From assembly GCA_049318845.1 (NCBI GenBank), contig JBMOFH010000001.1, forward strand, positions 1 through 53,228: DNA of 53,228 nt, in the 5' to 3' direction. The position numbers and the translations under genes are program-made. Below are positions 42,095 through 51,536 of the stretch, in pieces; positions within the stretch are counted from its first letter, which is position 1, and each line of letters opens with the position of its first letter. This DNA comes from Blastocatellia bacterium (GTDB lineage Bacteria; Acidobacteriota; Blastocatellia; RBC074). The notes under the pieces were generated by a model. It did no database searches. It was given only the letters and a program-made list of their open reading frames with translations, and was not told where the DNA came from.

Positions 42095-43315
42095 ATGACT
42101 GACAAACTTCTGATTCGTAATGTTCCAAATGATGTACGCAACTGGATTGAAGATGAAAGACACGCTCGGAAGATGACTCAGAACGAGTTTCTTATTTCAA
42201 TCCTTCAAAAGGAGAGCCGGAGCCGGAACAGTACTGGGCCATACGAGCTTCCCCTCTTTAACTCAATGCCGGTTCCCACTCTGACTGTCCCTGAAACTTT
42301 GCCATTCAGTTTTATCGATCTCTTTGCCGGAATCGGAGGTCTGAGACTGGGACTGGAAAAGGCAGGTGGACGCTGCTTGTTTTCCTGCGAATGGGATAAA
42401 TATAGCCAGAAAACCTATGCCGCCTGGTTTGGTGAAGCCCCCCACGGAGACATAAGACAGATCGATCCGGCAAATATTCCTGATCATGACATTCTGGCGG
42501 CTGGTTTTCCTTGTCAGCCTTTTTCCATCGCCGGAGTCTCCAAAAAGAACAGCCTTGGTCGGGAACATGGGTTCAAAGATGAAGCACAGGGTACTCTGTT
42601 CTACAATGTCGCCGCCATTGCCGAGATCAAGCGACCTCCCGTCCTGCTCCTGGAAAATGTCAAGAATCTCGGATCACACGATAAAGGCCGCACCTTCAAA
42701 ATCATTCAAACTACACTAAGTGACCTCGATTATGTGGTCTTTCACAAAGTTCTTGATGCCGCTGATTTCGGAGTTCCTCAACATCGGGAACGAATATTTC
42801 TAGTGTGTTTTGACAGAAGGATTTTTGGTAACTCCCCGCCATTTGACTACCCGTCAAGATCGTTAAAAAGACCAAAGCTTGCCGACATTCTGGATCCATC
42901 CCCAGATTCAAAATATACGCTGACAGACCATTTATGGAAGTATCTTCAGGATTATGCGCAACGACACAGGGAAAAGGGAAACGGCTTCGGCTTCGGTCTT
43001 GCCGACCTTGAAGGAATCACCCGGACATTGAGTGCGAGGTATTACAAGGACGGATCTGAGATCCTCATCCCTCAGGGCAGGGATAATAATCCGAGAAGAC
43101 TTACCCCGCGAGAGGCAGCTCGCCTGATGGGATTTGACGATAAGCTTCCAATAGTAGTATCTGATACCCAGGCATACAGACAGTTTGGCAATGCGGTTGT
43201 TCCGTTAGTATCTGAAGCTGTTGCGAGACAGATTATAAAGGTACTAACCTGGTGTGTGACATCAAAAGGAACCGGCTGCCTGCTCAAAGGACGCCAACTG
43301 AGAAAGAGTGCCTGA
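42095..43315 (+). CDS. dcm: DNA (cytosine-5)-methyltransferase, Dcm/M.EcoRII-like, with N-terminal ribbon-helix-helix-like domain
   Basis: Motif [15 protein letters not shown], motif [13 protein letters not shown], motif [22 protein letters not shown] (very Dcm-like), motif [10 protein letters not shown]-terminus [35 protein letters not shown]. Confidence 0.93.
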   Translation: MTDKLLIRNVPNDVRNWIEDERHARKMTQNEFLISILQKESRSRNSTGPYELPLFNSMPVPTLTVPETLPFSFIDLFAGIGGLRLGLEKAGGRCLFSCEWDKYSQKTYAAWFGEAPHGDIRQIDPANIPDHDILAAGFPCQPFSIAGVSKKNSLGREHGFKDEAQGTLFYNVAAIAEIKRPPVLLLENVKNLGSHDKGRTFKIIQTTLSDLDYVVFHKVLDAADFGVPQHRERIFLVCFDRRIFGNSPPFDYPSRSLKRPKLADILDPSPDSKYTLTDHLWKYLQDYAQRHREKGNGFGFGLADLEGITRTLSARYYKDGSEILIPQGRDNNPRRLTPREAARLMGFDDKLPIVVSDTQAYRQFGNAVVPLVSEAVARQIIKVLTWCVTSKGTGCLLKGRQLRKSA

Positions 43316-43317
43316 TT

Positions 43318-44487
43318 ATGATATCCATTGATTGTGAGCTTGCAATCGCCGATGCGATCAAGAACAAGAGAGCTCTATTCAAATTCATATCCGCAAATGA
43401 TGTTGGGCAAACTGGTAGCCACCAATATGGGTTTTACCTCCCTAAAGGCGCCTGGAAACTCTTTACCTCCCATCCTCCTGTAAAGGGTGCGAATACTGAT
43501 TCTTTCGTCGACGTTGTTTGGCAGAGAGGATTGGTTACACATTCGCGAATAGTATGGTACGGGAACGGAACCCGAAGCGAATACAGACTGACTCGCTTCG
43601 GCAGGGACTTTCCCTTTCTGCATCACGATAATATAGGTAGTCTGTTTATTTTGATTCCCATATCGTACGTGGAATTTAGGGCATACGTACTTGAATCCGA
43701 AGAAGATATCGCGGAATTTCAGTCATCACTCGGTATTGAAGTTGTTGGCTCCCGGGGAGTTTACGAGCCGGGCGGAGCAACTGCTCACAATTCCGATAAC
43801 TGCATCCAGACCAGATTTGATAGTTTTGCAGAAGCACTACTAGAGTTTCCACTGACAAAGGTGATCGCTACAGAGGTGCAGCAAATATTGGATGAGTGCA
43901 TTGTTGAATTTGAAAATAAGTCGCCGGATGACAAGCTGATACGTTACATTACCGAAGAATATTCTCTTTTCAAAATGATCGAACGCCGATTAACGGAACC
44001 GGCTATCACAAGAAAATTCCACAACATCGATGATTTTATTGAAACAGCCGCCAGTATCCTGAACAGACGAAAGTCAAGAGCGGGAAAGTCACTCGAATAT
44101 CACGTCGAAAATATCCTGAAACAATCAGGTATCACCTTTGACTCAAAACCCAGGATAGATGGACGAGTCGAGCCTGACATTCTAATCCCGGGTAAAGCCG
44201 CCTATGAAGACCCGTCATTTCCTGCTGAGAAACTGGTCATAGTGGGGGTAAAAACTACTTGCAAAGACCGTTGGCGTCAGGTTCTCAATGAAGGAAAACG
44301 AATACCAAGAAAGCACATTCTCACCCTTCAACAAGGAATTTCATCCAGTCAACTTGTAGAGATGAACGAGGCCGATGTCACACTGATAGTTCCTGAGCCA
44401 CTCCATCGACATTATCCAACAAAGCGGGAAATTTCAATCCTTAGTCTGAGTGACTTTATTGAATCGATCAAAAAAATTACCCAATAA
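43318..44487 (+). CDS. Type IIE restriction endonuclease, EcoRII family
   Basis: N-terminal effector domain FKFISANDVGQTGSHQYGFYLPK (compare EcoRII KRLSANDTGATGGHQ). Catalytic domain NRRKSRAGKSLEYH...EPDILIP...VKTTCKDRWRQVLNEG...LTLQQGIS...LIVPEPLHRHYP. The ATG at 43318 lies 2 nt after the dcm stop. The track ORF starts at 43252. Confidence 0.9.
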   Translation: MISIDCELAIADAIKNKRALFKFISANDVGQTGSHQYGFYLPKGAWKLFTSHPPVKGANTDSFVDVVWQRGLVTHSRIVWYGNGTRSEYRLTRFGRDFPFLHHDNIGSLFILIPISYVEFRAYVLESEEDIAEFQSSLGIEVVGSRGVYEPGGATAHNSDNCIQTRFDSFAEALLEFPLTKVIATEVQQILDECIVEFENKSPDDKLIRYITEEYSLFKMIERRLTEPAITRKFHNIDDFIETAASILNRRKSRAGKSLEYHVENILKQSGITFDSKPRIDGRVEPDILIPGKAAYEDPSFPAEKLVIVGVKTTCKDRWRQVLNEGKRIPRKHILTLQQGISSSQLVEMNEADVTLIVPEPLHRHYPTKREISILSLSDFIESIKKITQ

Positions 44488-44490
44488 ATT

Positions 44491-44913
44491 ATGACTGATG
44501 TACTGACTCCCGAACAGAGAAAGCGTAATATGTCGGCGATCCGCAGTAAAGACACTAAACCTGAACTGGCTGTGCGATCTCTTCTGCATCGTCTTGGGTA
44601 TCGATACAGACTCCACGTCAGGAAACTTCCCGGAGCGCCGGATATTGTCTTCCCTTCAAGACGTAAGGTGATATTTGTGCATGGCTGTTACTGGCACGTT
44701 CATGACTGTGTGGCGGGTCGAGTAACACCTCGGACAAATGCAGAGTTCTGGCAAAAAAAGCGGACCGATAACGTAACACGTGACACCCGGAATGAAGCCA
44801 CTTTAAACTCGGAAGGCTGGGAAATTCTTATAATTTGGGAATGTGAGATAAAGTCAGGGATCGATTTGACAGGTTCATTATGTCGATTCCTTGAAAAACC
44901 TGAGCTGCTTTAA
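44491..44913 (+). CDS. vsr: Very-short-patch repair endonuclease
   Basis: RKRNMSAIRSKDTKPELAVRSLLHRLGYRYRLHVRKLPGAPDIVFPSRRKVIFVHGCYWHVH... Starts 3 nt after the R gene stop. Confidence 0.93.
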   Translation: MTDVLTPEQRKRNMSAIRSKDTKPELAVRSLLHRLGYRYRLHVRKLPGAPDIVFPSRRKVIFVHGCYWHVHDCVAGRVTPRTNAEFWQKKRTDNVTRDTRNEATLNSEGWEILIIWECEIKSGIDLTGSLCRFLEKPELL

Positions 44914-45022
44914 ATTGGATTATCGTTGTGCCGTCAAATATCTGCCAGCCAATCATTAAAAATTACAACATTACCCGAGTTGTCGAGCTTTACGTTCAGG
45001 AATATGACTATTATCATAAACG

Positions 45023-45448
45023 CTACTTCTGAAATGGAATAAAGGTTTCGTTGTCCTGGTGCTTTCGTTCCCACATCAGAAAATCGTAGAAGCCGCAGTG
45101 ATCTTCCTCGGGGTAGGTACGGCAGAGTTTCGGGCGATGTTCGTAGACGGTGCAACGTCGCTCTTCCTGGTCAAAGAAGCGACAGACGCTCTTATAAATT
45201 GAGTCTTCGCGGTGACGGAGTACACGGTGACCGTAGGCGCTTACAAATTTGGTGAAGCGTCGCTCTGCCACCTCGTAATCGAGCTCAAAGCGCTTCGCGA
45301 GGCGTTTAATATCGAGTTTTGTGACCAGAATCCACTCGTAAGTACAGCAATAGCCGGGACATTTTGAGCAGTCATAACTGCTGCTGGCTGTTTTTGCGGG
45401 CAGGACTGGAAGAGATTTTTTCGCCATTATCGCCTCGATGGATTTCAA
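45023..45448 (-). CDS. YkgJ-family cysteine-cluster protein (CxxCxxCC Zn/Fe-binding)
   Basis: [11 protein letters not shown]...[17 protein letters not shown]. Confidence 0.8.
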   Translation of the reverse strand: MKSIEAIMAKKSLPVLPAKTASSSYDCSKCPGYCCTYEWILVTKLDIKRLAKRFELDYEVAERRFTKFVSAYGHRVLRHREDSIYKSVCRFFDQEERRCTVYEHRPKLCRTYPEEDHCGFYDFLMWERKHQDNETFIPFQK

Positions 45449-45458
45449 GCTGAGCGGA

Positions 45459-46418
45459 TCAGAGCTGTTTCAGGAAATCACGAACCTTCTTCAGATCTTC
45501 CCATGCCTCGCGCTTCTTGTCGGGTGAGCGAAGAAGATAGGCCGGGTGAAAAGTGGGGAGAACGCGGATTCCGGCAACATACGGGTAGTCGTGAAAGATT
45601 CCGCGCATTCTGGTAATGCCAACCTTGGTATCGAGCAGCGCCTGGGTGGCCGGATTGCCGAGAGTGACGATCAGTTTGGGACGGACAACCGCAATCTGAC
45701 GAAGGAGAAACGGCCGGCAGGCAAGCATCTCGTCCCGTTCCGGGTTCCGATTATCGGGGGGGCGGGATTTGAGGACATTGGCGATATAGATTTCGTCGCG
45801 CGCCAATTCGATCGATTCGATCATCCTGGTCAGCAGTTGGCCGGCACGGCCGATGAACGGCCTTCCAGCCTGGTCCTCGTCGGCACCAGGGGCTTCGCCA
45901 ACCAGCATGAGCGTCGCGGTTGGATTGCCCTCACCGAAGACAATATTCGTTCTCGTCGACCAGAGTTTGCAGCGTTTGCAATCTCCGAGGTCACGTCGAA
46001 TATCTTCGAGCGTCTCAGTCGTCGCCTCACTCTGAGTCTGTAATACCGCCGTTGGTGAAGAGACGACCGGCAGCGGCAGCAGCGGGGGTGGTGTGGGGAC
46101 CTTCGTCATGTATGGCACGGATGTCTGGCCTGGAAGATTTGGCGGTGGCGCCGGTGCCTTGCTGGTCGATTTTCCAGGCACGGACAGACTCTCCCGTGGG
46201 GCGGGCCGGGCCGCAGGCTCTGCCGCAGAGTCCTGTTGACGCCAGTCGCCGGAGGCGACCGGTTCCGGCCTGGTCAATTCTGGCGCGATCGTGCTGGAGA
46301 CGACGACAGGGGGCAGCGCGCCAATGTCGGTGATATCGGTGACGCCCATTTCACGATAGAATCGCGCGTACTCGAGAACCTGCGCGACAACCTGCTGTAG
46401 TTCGTCTCGTTCGTTCAT
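45459..46418 (-). CDS. Uracil-DNA glycosylase, family 4, with Pro-rich N-terminal extension
   Basis: CKRCKL...[42 protein letters not shown]...HPAYLLR. Confidence 0.88.
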   Translation of the reverse strand: MNERDELQQVVAQVLEYARFYREMGVTDITDIGALPPVVVSSTIAPELTRPEPVASGDWRQQDSAAEPAARPAPRESLSVPGKSTSKAPAPPPNLPGQTSVPYMTKVPTPPPLLPLPVVSSPTAVLQTQSEATTETLEDIRRDLGDCKRCKLWSTRTNIVFGEGNPTATLMLVGEAPGADEDQAGRPFIGRAGQLLTRMIESIELARDEIYIANVLKSRPPDNRNPERDEMLACRPFLLRQIAVVRPKLIVTLGNPATQALLDTKVGITRMRGIFHDYPYVAGIRVLPTFHPAYLLRSPDKKREAWEDLKKVRDFLKQL

Positions 46419-46540
46419 TTAAGTGTTACCAGACAAGTCAGGACGGGGAGAGCCATTGGTCGACCGCCCCTCTCGACAAGCCTGGAACCATAGTCAGCAA
46501 CTCCGGCTTCAGCCAATCCCGCCCCATGCTACGGCAAATA

Positions 46541-46750
46541 CTATTTTTCCACTATCTCCGTCAACTCAAAATCGATCAGGCCTCTTTCGACCTCTTCGAG
46601 CGCGACGCGGGTCATCTTGGCATTGGGCATCGAGACGCGTGGACGCGCCCCCTTCTGCAACTGCTTGCTCCGCTTCGCGGCGATCAGAATCTTCCGATAC
46701 TTGCTGTCAATAAACAGATGTGGTACTTCATTTTTGTCATGCTTGTCCAT
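46541..46750 (-). CDS. rpoZ: DNA-directed RNA polymerase subunit omega
   Basis: 69 aa, DSKYRKILIAAKRSKQLQKGARPRV. Overlaps the gmk stop by 14 nt. Confidence 0.85.
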   Translation of the reverse strand: MDKHDKNEVPHLFIDSKYRKILIAAKRSKQLQKGARPRVSMPNAKMTRVALEEVERGLIDFELTEIVEK

Positions 46751-47393
46751 TGTTCATATCTCCCTGTAGGTCTTCGAATGTTTGTAAAATCTCTTCGGCG
46801 ATCATCGACCGTCGATCGCCACGGAATCGGGCCGCCCGAATGATCGTCGCCAACTCATCGACCGCTTCCGGCAGCCGGTCGTTGACGATGACGTAATCGA
46901 AGCGGCGATAACTGGCGACCTCTCCGAGTGCATTTCGCAATCGGAGGCGAAATGCGGCGTTGTCGGTATCTCCGCGACTGTCCATGCGTTCGACGAGCAC
47001 CTGATAGGACGGTGGCAGAATAAAGACGGTCACCGCATCGCTGAAAAACTGGCGCACCTGCTGCTCGCCCTGGACATCGATTGTCAGTATGACATCAAAC
47101 CCGGCCTGCCGCAGATCGGTGATCGCCTGACTACCAGTGCCATAATAGTTTCCGTGGACGAGCGCCCACTCAAGCAACTCTCCAGCCTCGATCAGTGACT
47201 GGAAACGTTCGAGGGTCACGAAATGGTAGTGGACGCCGTCAATCTCGCCCGCGCGCGGAGTGCGCGAGGTGAACGATATCGACGGGCGAACCCGCGAATC
47301 GAGCCGGAGGACTTCCGTCACCAGCGTCGTCTTTCCCGCACCTGATGGCGCCGAGACGATGATCAGATTTCCGATCGTCATATTATTCGACAT
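46737..47393 (-). CDS. gmk: Guanylate kinase
   Basis: P-loop LIIVSAPSGAGKTTLV, TSRTPRAGEIDGVHYHFV. Start ambiguous (47393 or 47381). The track ORF extends to 47450 inside yicC. Confidence 0.9.
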   Translation of the reverse strand: MSNNMTIGNLIIVSAPSGAGKTTLVTEVLRLDSRVRPSISFTSRTPRAGEIDGVHYHFVTLERFQSLIEAGELLEWALVHGNYYGTGSQAITDLRQAGFDVILTIDVQGEQQVRQFFSDAVTVFILPPSYQVLVERMDSRGDTDNAAFRLRLRNALGEVASYRRFDYVIVNDRLPEAVDELATIIRAARFRGDRRSMIAEEILQTFEDLQGDMNNGQA

Positions 47394-48255
47394 TCTGCGC
47401 CTGTTCGCGCAGTTTTTCGACCTCGGTCTTGATGACGATCGCCGCATCACAGATCGTCAGCTCAGCCGATTTCGAGAGGATCGTATTCGCTTCCCGATTG
47501 GTCTCCTGAAGCAGAAAATCGAGCTTCTTGCCGATCTCCTGATCTCCACCAACAAGATCCCGCAATTGTGTGATATGGCTCCTGAGCCGCGCAATCTCTT
47601 CGGTGATGTCGCTCCGCTCGGCAAGGTAGGCAACCTCCTGTGTCAGCCGGTTCTCATCGATGACCGCCTTGTCGAGCAGATCTGAGACGCGCTTGTTCAG
47701 CTTTTCGCGATAGGCATCGACAACCCCGTCAACATTGGCCTCGATCACCGTCAACTGCGACTCGATCCCGCCGATTCGGGCGAGGATCTCTTTCTGAAGC
47801 TCGTGCCCCTCGACCGCGCGCATGGCGACAAGCGAAGTCAGCGCGTGTGTCAGCGCCTGCTCGATTCCCTCGAGGATCTCAGTCGACAGCCCCTGCGCGG
47901 TCCTGGCAATCAGCACATTGGGCAGGCGCGAGATTGTTGAAAGATCCGGATCTCCCTGCAATCCGAATTCGTCACGCATGGTTCGCAACGCCTCCAGATA
48001 GCCACGAACCAGCGAGCGATTAATCTCGTACTCGACCGTGTTCGTCTGTGAAAAGCTGATCGTCACATCGACCCGTCCACGGGAGATTGCCGCCTGAATC
48101 TGCTTCTTGAGTGGGATTTCAAGCGAAGCCAGTTCCTGCGGCGCCCGCCAGTGAATGTCGAGATTGCGGTTATTGACCGTCCGCATATCGATCGAGACGT
48201 TGAACGTCTCACCGCTTGCCGATCCCTGTCCGTAGCCTGTCATGCTTTTCAGCAT
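47383..48255 (-). CDS. yicC: YicC-family stress-induced protein
   Basis: MLKSMTGYGQG... N-terminus and C-terminal LDFLLQETNREANTILSKS (DUF1732-like). The track ORF starts at 48288. Confidence 0.88.
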   Translation of the reverse strand: MLKSMTGYGQGSASGETFNVSIDMRTVNNRNLDIHWRAPQELASLEIPLKKQIQAAISRGRVDVTISFSQTNTVEYEINRSLVRGYLEALRTMRDEFGLQGDPDLSTISRLPNVLIARTAQGLSTEILEGIEQALTHALTSLVAMRAVEGHELQKEILARIGGIESQLTVIEANVDGVVDAYREKLNKRVSDLLDKAVIDENRLTQEVAYLAERSDITEEIARLRSHITQLRDLVGGDQEIGKKLDFLLQETNREANTILSKSAELTICDAAIVIKTEVEKLREQAQNVE

Positions 48256-48301
48256 CGTTACTCCCTTAAAATTACTTGAGTTCTTCAACTATCAGGTGCT
48301 G

Positions 48302-50131
48302 TCAGGCGCCGTCACCAGGCGACACGAGGTCTTCTTCCGCAAACTGCAGTTCGTAAAGTCGGCGGTAGATTCCACCACGGTCGAGCAGCTCCTGGTGTGT
48401 CCCCATCTCGACAATCCGGCCGGCATCCATAACCATTATCCGATCAGCGCGGCGGATCGTCGAGAGTCGATGAGCAATGACGATCGTCGTCCGCCCCGTC
48501 ATCAGGTTATTGAGAGCCGCCTGAACCAGTCGCTCACTCTCGGTATCGAGCGCGCTCGTCGCCTCGTCAAGAATCAGTATTGGCGCATCCTTCAGCAAGG
48601 CCCGCGCAATCGCCAACCGCTGCCGCTGTCCGCCTGACAGGATCAGCCCACGCTCACCAATCACTGTCTCATATCCATCCGGCAACCGCATGATGAATTC
48701 GTCGGCGAGGGCCGCCGCTGCCGCTGCCGCGATCCGCTCCGGACTGTCGCGACGCCCGAAACCGCCATAGGCGATGTTGGCCCGTACCGTGTCATTGAAG
48801 AGGCTCACCTCCTGCGTCACCAGCGCGATCTGCTCACGCAACGATGCCAGGCGCAGGTCACGCACATCGTGACCATCGATCAGAACCGCCCCTTCCGTCA
48901 CATCGTAAAAACGTGGTATCAGGCTTGTCAGCGTGCTCTTTCCCGATCCACTCTGCCCGACGATCGCGACCATCTCCCCGGCCCGAACCCGGAAGGAGAG
49001 GTTGCTGATCACCGCGACATCGAATCCCGCACCATAGCCAAACGAGACTTCGCGGAATTCGATCTCCCGCGTAAAGTTGGTCAGGGTGATCGCCCCCGGT
49101 CGATCGGGCATCTCCTGCTCCTCGTCGACCAGCCTGAAGATGCGCGCCGCCGATGTCAATCCCTGCTGCAGGTCGTGCTGCAACCGGCTTAGTCGCCGCA
49201 ATGGGTCATAGGCCTTGAACATTGCCACCAGAAAGGTCGCAAAACCACCCAGACTCATCTGACCTCGCGTGATGCTTCGCTGCACATAGAGCAACAGCAC
49301 TGCGACCGCTACGATCCCGACCGTCTCCAATACGATCGGTGAGAGAAAGTAGATGCGCATCGCTCGCAATTGATCGCTCATCTGCTTGCGCGCCGACTGC
49401 CCGAACCGCCGGCTCTCGTAATCTTCCATTCCGAAAGCCTTCACCACCCGCTGCGACGAGAGCGCTTCCTGGGCAACGTCGAGCATCTCCGCACCGCTCT
49501 CCTGCCGCGAATTGATATGACGTCGCAGCCGCCGGTTGAAGGTCGTCGTTAACCACGCCACCGGCGGCGCCAACAGCAGTATCGCCGATGCCAACCGCCA
49601 GTTGAGCCGAAAAAGCAGCAGCAAATAGACCGCCAGCGAAACCGACTCCCGGAGCAGATCACGCAACGTATCAGACACCGAACGCTCAACCAACGCCGCG
49701 TCACTAACCAGATGGGCCGTCAACTCGTTTGTCGTGTGGCGCGCAAAGAATGGGGCCGCCTGCCTGATCAGGTGATCGTAGAGTGTCGAACGAATGTCGG
49801 CAATGACGTTCTGTCCGATATAACTCATCGACCACGAGGAGAAATACTCCGTCGCCCCTTTCGCCACCGTAAACGCCACCAGCAGCCCGGCAATCAGCGG
49901 TAAGCCACTCTCCCCCGCCGGAATAAACCTGCCCCAGAAACTCCCAATCCTGAATCCGGTCTGCCCGGCCACCTGCCCGAACTGAGTGCCGGCAAGCGTG
50001 TCGAAGATCGGCTGTAACAGCATGATCGTCGCCCCTTCCAGCAGCCCGGTCACAACCATCAGGATTATCGACCCGGTAAAGATCGGTCGATACGGACGGA
50101 GATATTTGAGCAGGCGGACAAGTTCACTCAT
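48302..50131 (-). CDS. ABC transporter, fused permease/ATPase (MsbA-like exporter)
   Basis: Six-TM N-terminal half. Walker A GQSGSGKSTL, signature LSGGQRQRLAIARA, Walker B ILILDEATSALD. Confidence 0.9.
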   Translation of the reverse strand: MSELVRLLKYLRPYRPIFTGSIILMVVTGLLEGATIMLLQPIFDTLAGTQFGQVAGQTGFRIGSFWGRFIPAGESGLPLIAGLLVAFTVAKGATEYFSSWSMSYIGQNVIADIRSTLYDHLIRQAAPFFARHTTNELTAHLVSDAALVERSVSDTLRDLLRESVSLAVYLLLLFRLNWRLASAILLLAPPVAWLTTTFNRRLRRHINSRQESGAEMLDVAQEALSSQRVVKAFGMEDYESRRFGQSARKQMSDQLRAMRIYFLSPIVLETVGIVAVAVLLLYVQRSITRGQMSLGGFATFLVAMFKAYDPLRRLSRLQHDLQQGLTSAARIFRLVDEEQEMPDRPGAITLTNFTREIEFREVSFGYGAGFDVAVISNLSFRVRAGEMVAIVGQSGSGKSTLTSLIPRFYDVTEGAVLIDGHDVRDLRLASLREQIALVTQEVSLFNDTVRANIAYGGFGRRDSPERIAAAAAAALADEFIMRLPDGYETVIGERGLILSGGQRQRLAIARALLKDAPILILDEATSALDTESERLVQAALNNLMTGRTTIVIAHRLSTIRRADRIMVMDAGRIVEMGTHQELLDRGGIYRRLYELQFAEEDLVSPGDGA

Positions 50132-50343
50132 GCGTTAGGTTTCGTGCTTATATTTCGGACTTACGTTTTGGGATTAAAATCCGGGTCGATCATCATCTTT
50201 CCCCTGCCTCATTGCCCCCGGCCCGCTGAGTTCCAATCTTCTCTGCCTGAACGCACTGTTCAATCAGACCAGCGTCTTTGACTTCACGCTGAAAAATTTC
50301 AATTATAGTCTTCCGGGAAATTTAGCGTCAAGAATCAGCGTCA

Positions 50344-50649
50344 ATGAAGATGATTCCGCCCGACTTGATACGGAAAGTGGATATGGGAAAAATCTCGATG
50401 GATGAAGATGGTGCAAACGATTACTACTTGGAAGGCGACAGGCTCGTCTTTACTGGTCAATACCACCTCAGGCGCGGCTCGTGCTGCGGATCGGGATGCC
50501 GTCATTGCCCCTATCACCCGCGCTCGACCAGAGGCGTCCAGCGCGTACTCCTGACGAATGATTTACCTGCCAGGTCCGACCCCGCCCCTTCGCAATCCGA
50601 TTCTCCAGCTTCCCCATTTGAAGCGGCGCCGAATCCTGACGAGTCCTGA
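50344..50649 (+). CDS. Small cysteine-rich protein (DUF5522-like, CCGxGCRHCPY motif)
   Basis: YYLEGDRLVFTGQYHLRRGSCCGSGCRHCPY. The C-terminal 45 aa are low-complexity. Confidence 0.6.
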   Translation: MKMIPPDLIRKVDMGKISMDEDGANDYYLEGDRLVFTGQYHLRRGSCCGSGCRHCPYHPRSTRGVQRVLLTNDLPARSDPAPSQSDSPASPFEAAPNPDES

Positions 50650-50692
50650 CTATCTTCCCGCCCGGTATCGCCCTCATCACCAGTGTGCCCGA

Positions 50693-51205
50693 TCAGTCAC
50701 ACTGGGCGGGAGGAGGAAAAGCGCCCGCGATTGCCTGATCAACCTGCGGTCCGACGCTGGTCTCGGCTTTCTTCGAAACGACTGCCAACTCACTGACTAC
50801 CAGATAACGCGCCCGCTCCATCATCTGTTTCTCACGAAACGAGAGCGTTTTGACAGTGCTAAGATAAGAGAGCGTCTTCAGAACCACGGCAATCAAAAAT
50901 ACATCGCCGCTGCGCATCGCATCGGAGAAGCCGCGAAACCGATCCTTCCAGTCGCGCGCCGCAGGCATCTCGATCGATTCCCGGAGCGAATTGATCAGAT
51001 CCTGGCACTGGCGCTGCTGAATCAGACGTCGAATACCGACCGAACTAATGTTCTGCACTGGCACCATAACGACTGAATTGTTGGCTTGCAATCTGAGCAG
51101 GTAAAAATCCTGCTCTGATCCCATGATATGACGCGATTCGATCTGCTCGATCGTCGCTACTCCGTGGTTTGGATAGATGACCTTCTGGCCGATCTTGAAG
51201 TCCAA
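50693..51205 (-). CDS. carD: CarD/CdnL-family transcriptional regulator
   Basis: MDFKIGQKVIYPNHGVATIEQIESR...FYLLRL (CarD_CdnL_TRCF N-domain), 170 aa. Confidence 0.88.
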   Translation of the reverse strand: MDFKIGQKVIYPNHGVATIEQIESRHIMGSEQDFYLLRLQANNSVVMVPVQNISSVGIRRLIQQRQCQDLINSLRESIEMPAARDWKDRFRGFSDAMRSGDVFLIAVVLKTLSYLSTVKTLSFREKQMMERARYLVVSELAVVSKKAETSVGPQVDQAIAGAFPPPAQCD

Positions 51206-51450
51206 TGTGGCCCCCCCTTCCTAAATACCGACGGGCCTCCCTGCGGTACAACCCTTCATGAAAGCTCCTGGTGACAGCCCCGGTCGGGGCGGCATTCGAG
51301 CGGTGGGTTATGTTAAATTTACCTCTGCAGTTTACCACTGCCGGGCGGTTGCGCGAAACTGAAACAAAGAATCCGATCGTCCGACCGTCACTAAAAATCG
51401 GCGCATCGTTTCCGAAATAGGTCCCCGCTAGACATCCGGCATCTCCCAAT

Positions 51451-51504
51451 CCATACTTGGTGCTGTTGCCAAATTTTGTCGTGTCACCATATTTTGTAGT
51501 GTTG
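51451..51504. promoter_or_regulatory. Three head-to-tail 18-bp imperfect repeats (CCAWAYTTKGTNNTGTYR) in the carD / DUF853 divergent intergenic region
   Basis: CCATACTTGGTGCTGTTG (51451), CCAAATTTTGTCGTGTCA (51469), CCATATTTTGTAGTGTTG (51487). They end 32 nt before the ATG at 51537. Confidence 0.6.
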
Positions 51505-51536
51505 ATTCCAATTTCCAGAGCCGGAGGAAGAAGCGA

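Larger units (their letters stand above)
41930..45020. other. AT-richer island carrying an M-R-Vsr cassette (likely horizontally acquired)
   Basis: Hand-counted sample lines inside give about 40-48% G+C (one line about 58%), versus about 60-63% in the flanks. It contains only dcm, the EcoRII-family R gene and vsr. No integrase, transposase or flanking direct repeats were seen. Confidence 0.6.

Noticed and set aside
41930-45020. Annotating the RM island as a mobile element
   Set aside because: I saw no integrase, transposase, tRNA target or flanking direct or inverted repeats. Only the compositional shift supports horizontal origin.
50324-50344. Direct repeat AGCGTCAA-gaatc-AGCGTCAA overlapping the start codon of the DUF5522-like gene
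   Set aside because: Two 8-mers are too short to distinguish from chance without comparative data.
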